Below, in pieces: positions 8,187 through 15,240 of a stretch of 24,144 bases of DNA. The position numbers and the translations under genes are program-made. The stretch comes from a virus (Duplodnaviria; Caudoviricetes): the IMG/VR virus record IMGVR_UViG_3300006120_000093, positions 1 through 24,144 of that record. The stretch is one strand, 5' to 3'. A model generated the notes under the pieces. That model had not been told where the DNA came from and did no database searches. It saw nothing but the letters and a program-made list of their open reading frames with translations. The stretch's first letter is position 1, and the number at the start of each line of letters is the position of its first letter.

Positions 8187-9383
8187 ATGTCACAAGAATT
8201 ATTAGAAGGTCGTTGGAGCGAGACTAAAGACGCACTCTTAGAAGGATTATCCGGATCTAAGCGTACATCCATGTCCGTTATCCTTGAAAACACAAAGAAG
8301 TACTTGAAAGAGAACGCAAGTTCTGGTTCAACAGCATCTGGTAACATCGCTACATTAAACCGTGTGATTCTGCCAGTAATTCGACGTGTAATGCCAACTG
8401 TTATTGCTAACGAGTTGGTTGGTGTTCAGCCTATGACTGGCCCTGTTGGTCAAATCCATACTCTGCGTGTACGCTATGCACAGAGCTTGCAAGACAACAG
8501 TGCTGCTGCTACTAGCGTATCAGCTGGTCAAGAAGCTTTGAGCCCATTCACAATTGCAACTGCATATTCCACAGTTCCTCAACTTACAGGTACAGCTACT
8601 GGCTATACTGGTAACAATACAGCAACAATGGAAGGCACGGGCGGTAAGCAAATTTCCGTACAGATCTTGAAACAAGCTGTTGAAGCCAAGACACGCAAGT
8701 TACAAGCTCGTTGGACATTTGAGTCTGCACAAGACGCACAAGCCATGCACGGTATCGATGTAGAAGCTGAAATTATGGCTGCTCTTGCACAAGAGATCAC
8801 AGCTGAGATTGATCAAGAGATCCTCTTGAGCTTGTCTACATTGGCTGCAACTGAGTACACATACAACCAAGCTACTGTGTCTGGTACAGCAACATTCGTT
8901 GGTGATGAGCATGCCGCTTTGGCAGTGTTGATCAACCGCGTTGCTAACTTGATCGCTCAGCGTACACGTCGTGGCGCTGGTAACTGGGCTGTTGTTTCTC
9001 CAGCATCCTTGACAGTATTGCAATCTGCAACAACTTCAGCTTTTGCTCGCACAACAGAAGGCACATTCGAAGCACCTACAAACACCAAGTTTGTTGGTAC
9101 ATTGAACGGCGCTATGCGTGTGTTTGTAAACAGCTACGCTCAAGATACAGCGTCTGTATTGGTTGGTTACAAAGGTACATCTGAAGCTGATGCTCCTGCG
9201 TTCTATTGCCCATACATTCCTTTGATGAGCAGTGGCGTTGTTTTGGATCCATCAACATTCGAACCAGTCGTATCATTCATGACTCGCTACGGATTCGTGG
9301 AGCTCACCAATACTGCATCAAGCTTCGGCAATGCTGCTGACTATGTGGGAGAGATAGCCGTCCAAAACTTATCATTCTCTTAA
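8187..9383 (+). CDS. gp23: T4 gp23-like major capsid protein (398 aa)
   Basis: SD AAGGAG. Motifs IRRVMPTVIANELVGVQPMTGPVGQI, VEAKTRKLQARWTFESAQD, HGIDVEAE, EITAEIDQEI, FYCPYIPL and FMTRYG. Strongly biased codon usage. Confidence 0.97.
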   Translation: MSQELLEGRWSETKDALLEGLSGSKRTSMSVILENTKKYLKENASSGSTASGNIATLNRVILPVIRRVMPTVIANELVGVQPMTGPVGQIHTLRVRYAQSLQDNSAAATSVSAGQEALSPFTIATAYSTVPQLTGTATGYTGNNTATMEGTGGKQISVQILKQAVEAKTRKLQARWTFESAQDAQAMHGIDVEAEIMAALAQEITAEIDQEILLSLSTLAATEYTYNQATVSGTATFVGDEHAALAVLINRVANLIAQRTRRGAGNWAVVSPASLTVLQSATTSAFARTTEGTFEAPTNTKFVGTLNGAMRVFVNSYAQDTASVLVGYKGTSEADAPAFYCPYIPLMSSGVVLDPSTFEPVVSFMTRYGFVELTNTASSFGNAADYVGEIAVQNLSFS

Positions 9384-9433
9384 TCCAGAACGATATTTTT
9401 GTACAAGATTTTTTGTACTTGTAGTAAAAAATC

Positions 9434-9459
9434 AAAAAAGCTCCGCAAGGGGCTTTTTT
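9434..9459. terminator. Rho-independent terminator after the capsid gene
   Basis: AAAAAAGCTCC-GCAA-GGGGCTTTTTT: GNRA loop with flanking A and T tracts. Confidence 0.85.
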
Positions 9460-9460
9460 G

Positions 9461-9489
9461 TTGACTATTGCACCTAAATATGCTATTAT
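9461..9489 (+). promoter_or_regulatory. Sigma70-type promoter for the endonuclease gene
   Basis: TTGACT-N17-TATTAT with a TGn extended -10. TAAATA boxes also occur at 9475-9480 and 9504-9509. Confidence 0.6.
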
Positions 9490-9514
9490 TGAAGTAACAA
9501 ACATAAATAAACAT

Positions 9515-10276
9515 ATGAACAAATACAAACAATGGTACGCAAATATCACAGAACGAGCCAAAAATCGTCATCTGGATTCCTATACAGAAAGTCATCACAT
9601 AGTGCCACGTAGTTTAGGCGGCGGAGATGAAGCAGATAACCTAGTGAACCTCACTGCCAGAGAGCACTTTGTATGCCACTGGCTATTGGTTAAAATGACC
9701 ACAGGAAAAGAACATCATCAGATGCTTAATGCTTTAAGAATGATGCGAGCAGAAAAGCAAGGACAACAGAGATACAATACAAAGATTACTGCACGAGTTT
9801 ATGAAAGCATTAAACAAGAATACGCAGAATTACAAAGCAAACAATTTACCGGTACAGGAAACGGAATGTTTGGTAAGCACCATACACAAGAAACCAAAGA
9901 TAAAATCCGTCAAAAAAACCTAGGTAAAAAACTAACACCAGAACAAATTGAAAAACTTAAAAAAGCAACAACTGGCAAGAAAAAACCGCCTATAACAGAA
10001 GAACACCGAGCCAAACTATCTGCGGCTAAACAAGGTGAAAATAATAATATGTGGGGTAAAACTCATTCAGCAGAAACGCTTGCCAAAATGTCAGCCAAGG
10101 CCACAGGTCGTAAGCAAAGTGAAGAAACTATTAGAAAAAAAATAGAAGCAACTACAGGCAAGAAACGTGAGAAAAAGTTGTGCCCGCACTGCGATCAACT
10201 GGTAGCTGTCAACGGCTACGCTCGCTGGCACGGTCTTCACTGCCGAAATTCCGCCGCCAGTACAACACACCAATAA
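9515..10276 (+). CDS. Free-standing HNH homing endonuclease with NUMOD3 repeats and a C-terminal CxxC/H/C zinc-binding motif (253 aa)
   Basis: Start reassigned to ATG 9515. HNH core ESHHIVPRSLGGGDEADNLVNLTAREHFVCH; NUMOD3-like units GKHHTQETKDKI, GKTHSAETLAKMS and GRKQSEETIRK; CPHC...RWHGLHC. More A-rich than neighbouring genes. Confidence 0.9.
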   Translation: MNKYKQWYANITERAKNRHLDSYTESHHIVPRSLGGGDEADNLVNLTAREHFVCHWLLVKMTTGKEHHQMLNALRMMRAEKQGQQRYNTKITARVYESIKQEYAELQSKQFTGTGNGMFGKHHTQETKDKIRQKNLGKKLTPEQIEKLKKATTGKKKPPITEEHRAKLSAAKQGENNNMWGKTHSAETLAKMSAKATGRKQSEETIRKKIEATTGKKREKKLCPHCDQLVAVNGYARWHGLHCRNSAASTTHQ

Positions 10277-10284
10277 GTAACTAT

Positions 10285-10389
10285 ACCAACTCCTGACCGT
10301 TCGGAGTATAACTTGTTCGGCTGGTGGGTCGGTGATTCCTTGCAACACATAAACAAAATAAAAAAGCCCGTCAACTGGGCTTTTTTATT
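10285..10389 (+). ncRNA. Candidate ~100-nt small structured RNA
   Basis: ATAAGTA box at 10273-10279, then a region with no ATG containing the hairpin ACTCC/GGAGT, then a terminator. No family recognised. Confidence 0.3.
10357..10389. terminator. Bidirectional rho-independent terminator
   Basis: AATAAAAAAGCCCG-TCAAC-TGGGCTTTTTTATT between converging genes. Confidence 0.85.
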
Positions 10390-11536
10390 AGATCTTAAAG
10401 AATCCTAAAAATTTATGTATGCGTTCAGTAACTGTGTCCCAGTCGCCCTGGGCCGGTTGACGGAATAATCTGGCAGTACTATACCACGGACTTGAATCAC
10501 GATTCAACAACCAACGCCAGTCTAGTGCAAATTGACTCAGCATGACCCATACCGGGCGCCCCAAAGCACCTGCCAGGTGTGCCACAGCGGTGTCTACACT
10601 CAAGACCACATCCAAGTGATGTATCAAAGCCGCCGAATCGGCAAAACTACGAATAGCACCCGGGTATGCGGCAACACCGGTCGAGACCAAGGTTGCTTCT
10701 TCTTCAGCAGTGCAATCGCACTGTAGGTTGATCCATTCATAGTCAGGATTGCGCTTGATCAGGGCCAGCATGGTTTCAAACGGCATGCCCTTGTGTCGAT
10801 TGATCCAGGTATCTCTACGACCCGACCAACAAAAGCCAACCCGTAAACGTCGTTTTGGTCCTAATCGATTGGCCCAATCTCGTATCAAAACATCATTGGC
10901 TCGCAGATAAAATTGTGTATGACTTAGATTTTCCAAAGTGTTGCCGATAATCCCCGGAATACTCATGATTGGAGTCCAGTAGTCAAATGCCTCAACTGCG
11001 TCGTTGGGTCCGTAAAATTTGTCTATCTGCGGAATTGAACGGAACAAAGGAATCAAACTTTCGTTTATTTTTACAACAACACGACCACCTCTACTGGTCA
11101 GATCGCCCACAAAGCGTATGAACTGTATGTTGTCTCCGTGCCCTTGTTCGCCCAAGACCAGGATAGTCTTGCCCTGTAGATCCTGACCAGTCCATCTGGG
11201 TTGCAGTAGATCGGGCAGTAGACCTGCCAGGTGTTCGTACTGCCAGCGGCTTTCATACTGGGGCCATCCTCTGGCATAGTCACCTGCCAACAAGTAGGCC
11301 ACTGCTAGATTAAATTGAGCTGTAGTATTTACAGGATCCAACTGTATGGCTCGTTGCAAGAACGGTATAGCACCAGCAGGATCTCCGGCTTCTCTTAACA
11401 CGTTGCCGTAGTTGCAAAATGCACCAGCATGACCTCGATCCTGTGTAAACGCCTGTGCATAAAATGCTAGTGCGCCCTCGGGGTTGTTGTCTTCACGGCA
11501 TTGGTTGCCGTGTGCTATCAAAATTTCTGTTTCCAT
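10388..11536 (-). CDS. TPR-repeat protein with GT-B (GT9-like) glycosyltransferase domain
   Basis: N-terminal TPRs (AFCNYGNVLREAG..A...LQRAIQLDP, AQFNLAVAYLLAGDYARGWPQYESRW), then GKTILVLGEQGHGDNIQFIRF, RVGFCWSG, and DSAALIHHLDVVLSVDTAVAHLAGALGRPVW...DWRW...SPWY. Confidence 0.85.
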   Translation of the reverse strand: METEILIAHGNQCREDNNPEGALAFYAQAFTQDRGHAGAFCNYGNVLREAGDPAGAIPFLQRAIQLDPVNTTAQFNLAVAYLLAGDYARGWPQYESRWQYEHLAGLLPDLLQPRWTGQDLQGKTILVLGEQGHGDNIQFIRFVGDLTSRGGRVVVKINESLIPLFRSIPQIDKFYGPNDAVEAFDYWTPIMSIPGIIGNTLENLSHTQFYLRANDVLIRDWANRLGPKRRLRVGFCWSGRRDTWINRHKGMPFETMLALIKRNPDYEWINLQCDCTAEEEATLVSTGVAAYPGAIRSFADSAALIHHLDVVLSVDTAVAHLAGALGRPVWVMLSQFALDWRWLLNRDSSPWYSTARLFRQPAQGDWDTVTERIHKFLGFFKI

Positions 11537-11541
11537 GCATA

Positions 11542-11547
11542 TATTTA
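11542..11547 (-). promoter_or_regulatory. Late-promoter-like TAAATA (minus strand)
   Basis: Minus strand reads TAAATA-tatgc-ATG into the TPR-glycosyltransferase. Confidence 0.55.
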
Positions 11548-11582
11548 CTGGGATCGTTGCCTGCTCAAAATATTTGTTGGCA

Positions 11583-11682
11583 TAAATAATAGTTCAACGC
11601 AATCATGCGTTTTATGCTGACGGCTAAACCCAACAGCGTAGCGGTTAGAACCCGCATGGGACTTCTTTAAGGAGAAAACAAA
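11583..11682 (+). promoter_or_regulatory. Late promoter TAAATA plus a ~90-nt structured 5' leader
   Basis: TAAATA at 11583-11588; three consecutive hairpins (11596-11611, 11613-11640, 11641-11655); SD TAAGGAG. Confidence 0.5.
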
Positions 11683-12630
11683 ATGGGTCGTCCACTTAAA
11701 ATTAAAAAATCAACTACCAAGGATATTGGTTTCAATGACTTTGGCAATGTAGAAGTACCGGTAATTCCAGTTGGAATGACATCCAGCGAGTTTTTAGGTG
11801 TAGTTGGTGGTGCCAATACCAACATTGCTACCAGTGCATATCCGGTAGTTAAAATCACTGCCAACGTCAACGGTCAACAAGGTGCTGCTTACATCATTAC
11901 ACAAAAAGGTCAAATCAAGTACTTGGTATCTGGTGAAGACTCAGTTAATGCTGGCTCGTTTACACCGGGCTTTAGTTACCAGATTCTCAGTTTAGGCAAC
12001 ACAAACTGGACAGCAATTGGTGCCGGCGTTAACCCACAAGTGGGTCAAGTGTTTACCGCCACTGGCGTGGGCGCTGGCTCGGGTACCGCTAGCGATTGCG
12101 GTCAATGCGTATTGGTAGCCAATGCCACTATCAACAGTGGTCAAATGAACATGGTATTCAATGCCAACGGTGGTAGTGTTTATGCCAGTCGCCTGACCAA
12201 CAAGTACATTTGGGACAGTTCCAACACTCGTTATGCAGTTAACTTCTTTGTAGCAGGCACCGATACTCCGCTTGCTTTGTCCAACGTGGCAATTACCGGA
12301 AATGCTGGCACATTCAGTTGCTCCAATACCAACATTGGTCTGGGCGAATTGATCACAGTTGGCGGCACATTGTCCAATGTGGCCACTGGTACAATTAGTG
12401 GATACAGCAATCCAACCACTTATTATGTTACAGCCACCAATGGTGTAAACACCTTTACATTAAGTACTGCAGAAGGCGGTGCCAATATTGTAACTGGCAC
12501 AGGTAACACAACAGGTTTAACATTCAACACAGTAAGTTCTACAACTTTCAAGTCAGGTGCAGATCCTGTAACATGGACCAATGGCACAGGCAATCTTACC
12601 TTGGCTCAAGTTCAAAATTACACAAGCTAA
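11683..12630 (+). CDS. Virion structural protein, unknown function (possible decoration or fibre-associated protein)
   Basis: Strong SD, own promoter box and terminator. Basic N-terminus MGRPLKIKK; beta-rich G/T/N composition; modules YQILSLGNTNWTAIGA..GQVFTATG and TTYYVTATNGVNTFTLST. Confidence 0.65.
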   Translation: MGRPLKIKKSTTKDIGFNDFGNVEVPVIPVGMTSSEFLGVVGGANTNIATSAYPVVKITANVNGQQGAAYIITQKGQIKYLVSGEDSVNAGSFTPGFSYQILSLGNTNWTAIGAGVNPQVGQVFTATGVGAGSGTASDCGQCVLVANATINSGQMNMVFNANGGSVYASRLTNKYIWDSSNTRYAVNFFVAGTDTPLALSNVAITGNAGTFSCSNTNIGLGELITVGGTLSNVATGTISGYSNPTTYYVTATNGVNTFTLSTAEGGANIVTGTGNTTGLTFNTVSSTTFKSGADPVTWTNGTGNLTLAQVQNYTS

Positions 12631-12649
12631 TAGCATATTTGCTTTAATT

Positions 12650-12677
12650 AAAATCCCCCAATTACGGGGGATTTTTT
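12650..12677 (+). terminator. Rho-independent terminator
   Basis: AAAATCCCCC-AATTAC-GGGGGATTTTTT. Confidence 0.85.
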
Positions 12678-12703
12678 ATGATCTCAGCCGAAGCTACCCT
12701 GCA

Positions 12704-12709
12704 TAAATA
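12704..12709 (+). promoter_or_regulatory. Late-promoter-like TAAATA
   Basis: Upstream of SD AAAGGA and ATG 12727. Confidence 0.55.
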
Positions 12710-12726
12710 ATCAAAAGGATTCTCCC

Positions 12727-13341
12727 ATGAGCAATTTGCCACAAAAAGTCTATAATGTCAGCGGTGACTATGTTATAACCTGTGCCAACGGTGCAGGCGA
12801 TTTTACAGTCAATGCAGCCAACATTATATTCAATGGCAATGTCACACAGATTGCCAACAGCACCACGGTCAGCGACTTTATCACAGTAGGTGCCAATAAT
12901 ACCGGCGTCATTACCGACATGGGCCTGTTAGCGCAACGAAATGCCAATGCATTTGCCGGACTTAGATACGATACTACAGCTAATACCTGGCAAATCAGCT
13001 CCAGCGTGACCAGCACCGGTGCTCCCATTGCACCTTACCTGTCTCTTTACGCTGGAAATCTAAAAGCCGGCGGTGCTAATACACAAGTACAGTTTAACTA
13101 TCAAGGTGAATTTGGAGCAACAGCCAACCTGGCCTTTGACTATGCCAACAACGTGTTGACTCTGCAAGGCACTCAAGTCTTGGGCAACATTGGCGCCGCA
13201 CCGGCTACACCAAGCAATGCTGTAGCCATTTATAATAACACCCCGGGCGGTGGCGGAACTGGCGTATATGTCTTGTCCAGTTCTGTAAACGATGAATTAG
13301 TAAGCAAGAGCAAGGCCATTGTCTATGCAATTATATTTTAA
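12727..13341 (+). CDS. Short fibre-like virion protein
   Basis: N/T/G/A-rich; module GGANTQVQFNYQGEFGA is shared with the 19495 gene. Confidence 0.65.
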   Translation: MSNLPQKVYNVSGDYVITCANGAGDFTVNAANIIFNGNVTQIANSTTVSDFITVGANNTGVITDMGLLAQRNANAFAGLRYDTTANTWQISSSVTSTGAPIAPYLSLYAGNLKAGGANTQVQFNYQGEFGATANLAFDYANNVLTLQGTQVLGNIGAAPATPSNAVAIYNNTPGGGGTGVYVLSSSVNDELVSKSKAIVYAIIF

Positions 13342-13350
13342 GGAATACCC

Positions 13351-13662
13351 ATGTCAATACAAACAGTAAGTTTAACCACTTCGTTAGCCAGCGTGTATGT
13401 GAGCACCGGCAACACCGCCATCACCTCTATGACCTTGTGCAATTGGTCGCCTAACACAGTATTAGCTAATCTTTTTGTGGTTCCGGCTGGAAACACAGCG
13501 GACACCACTAATCAAATGTGGTACAGTCTGGCCCTACCATCGGGCGACACTTATCAACTGTATGTGGCAGCTGAAAAATTAATTTTGTCCAGCGGTGATT
13601 CTATTCAGGCCAACTGTTCAAACACCGGCGTTTCAGTAATTACATCTTACACTTCTCTATAA
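13351..13662 (+). CDS. Small beta-rich virion protein (103 aa)
   Basis: SD TAAGGA; TAATG coupling to the next gene; AITSMTLCN...EKLILSSGDSIQA. Confidence 0.7.
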   Translation: MSIQTVSLTTSLASVYVSTGNTAITSMTLCNWSPNTVLANLFVVPAGNTADTTNQMWYSLALPSGDTYQLYVAAEKLILSSGDSIQANCSNTGVSVITSYTSL

Positions 13663-15029
13663 TGGGCTACTACTTAAAGAATCGTCAACTACAGACAGGC
13701 GGCCCCGGTGTGGTGGCCGGCAATGTCTTGACTGGAAATGTAGCCATTTCCAATTCAGGAAATATTGTGGCCATTGGCAATATCACCGCTGCATATTTTA
13801 TCGGTAACGGTAGCTATTTAACTGGAGTTATTGCCGATGTTAGCAACATACACAACGGCAACAGTAATATTACCATAGCTGCCACAGGCGGAAACGCAGT
13901 AGTGGCTGTTGGCGGCACTGCCAACGTGGCAGTATTTGCTAACACAGGCGAGTATGTAAATGGGGTAGTTGTTGCTTCGGGTAATGTTCGCGGTGGTAAT
14001 TTTAACACCACTGGACAAATCAGCGCCACCGGCAATATTACAGCCAATTCTGCCAGTTTCTTTATAGGTAATGGCAGTCAATTGACTGGTGTGGTCGCAT
14101 CCGCATCTGGATTTCCGGTCGTAGCCGGCACATCAAACATTGCAGCTACTCCTAGTGGCAACATTGGTATCAGCGTTGCCGCAGTTAGTAATGTGTTGGT
14201 AATTGCCAACACTGGTATCTATACCACTGGCGCAACCACGATCACTGGCAACGTCACAGCCGGCAATATCAACACTGTTGGCCAGGCCACTGTGGGCAAC
14301 TTGTCATTGAGTGGCAACACAATTGGAACCAACAACAGTACCGTGGCCGCTTTTACAGGCGATTTGGGTGTAGGAATTCCTTATGGAAACACAGCACAGC
14401 GACCCATAACTCCACCTACAGGCACTTCAAGATTAAACACCGATCTAGATCAGATGGAAATGTGGGACGGAACTCAGTGGTTAGTTATTGGACCTACAGT
14501 GATCAACAACACTGTAACAGATCAACAGTTTACCGGCGACGGTGCAACTAGTAGTTTTACTTTGAGCGAACCAGCCAGTGCATCGAGTCTCCTGGTCAGC
14601 CTAAACGGTGTGGGACAATTGCCCGGAACAGCCTACACAGTTTCCAATACTGATTTGATTTTTACACAAGCCCCTGCACTGAGCGACGTGATTGACGTGC
14701 GATTCTTGGCAGCTGCGTTGGGTCACGATTTGATTTATGACGCCTACGGCAATGCCATTGTGCGGGTATATGATACACCTGAGATTGCTTTGAGTATAAA
14801 CAGTGCCAATGCGTTGGTAGTCAACTCGGCATTGGTAGTGGATGTCAGCGGCAGTACCAGCCTACAATTACCAGTATACACAGTGGCTCAAGCGGTCACT
14901 ATTACTGCACCGGCAACAGGCCAGACCATTTATGTCAGCAACGGCGATGCAGGCAATCCATGCTTGGCTGTGTACAGTGCCGGTGCATGGAAACGAATTG
15001 CATTTGGCGCCAATATCAGCACTACATAA
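13662..15029 (+). CDS. Fibre-like virion protein (455 aa)
   Basis: FIGNGS-LTG modules x2, PYGNTAQRP...RLNT...EMWDGTQW, and FTGDGATSSFTLS...VSLNGVGQLP..AYTVS modules shared with the 1389-aa fibre. Confidence 0.75.
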   Translation: MGYYLKNRQLQTGGPGVVAGNVLTGNVAISNSGNIVAIGNITAAYFIGNGSYLTGVIADVSNIHNGNSNITIAATGGNAVVAVGGTANVAVFANTGEYVNGVVVASGNVRGGNFNTTGQISATGNITANSASFFIGNGSQLTGVVASASGFPVVAGTSNIAATPSGNIGISVAAVSNVLVIANTGIYTTGATTITGNVTAGNINTVGQATVGNLSLSGNTIGTNNSTVAAFTGDLGVGIPYGNTAQRPITPPTGTSRLNTDLDQMEMWDGTQWLVIGPTVINNTVTDQQFTGDGATSSFTLSEPASASSLLVSLNGVGQLPGTAYTVSNTDLIFTQAPALSDVIDVRFLAAALGHDLIYDAYGNAIVRVYDTPEIALSINSANALVVNSALVVDVSGSTSLQLPVYTVAQAVTITAPATGQTIYVSNGDAGNPCLAVYSAGAWKRIAFGANISTT

Positions 15030-15050
15030 CCAGATTTTTTCAAAGCCGGC

Positions 15051-15240
15051 TAAATAAGTATTCAAACAGATCTTGATTCCAAGATCTACAACTTCTAAAG
15101 CAGACTCCAAAATCCTTGCGTTAACAGTACAGCAGGGTGGTTTTCCTACGAGTTTGGTAAATAAAACGAGAAAAGAATTTTTATAATTTGTCATTAACAT
15201 TGACAAATTGAGTAATAAAAACGCCAACTTGGAGATAAAA
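15051..15240 (+). promoter_or_regulatory. Structured intergenic region with two TAAATA boxes and three inverted repeats
   Basis: TAAATA at 15051-15056 and 15158-15163; inverted repeats at 15068-15087, 15101-15156 and 15185-15209; SD GGAGA before ATG 15241. Confidence 0.5.

Noticed and set aside
10091-10348. 85-aa minus-strand ORF overlapping the HNH 3' end
   Set aside because: GTG start directly behind a terminator with no SD, and mostly antisense to the HNH gene.
9384-10356. Group I intron interrupting the capsid gene
   Set aside because: The capsid gene ends intact with a stop and terminator before the HNH gene. No downstream exon or intron core was recognised.
11596-11655. Resemblance of GGCTAAACC...GTAGCGG to a c-di-GMP-I riboswitch
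   Set aside because: No GNRA-capped P2 stem or P1 architecture. Retained only as an unclassified structured leader.
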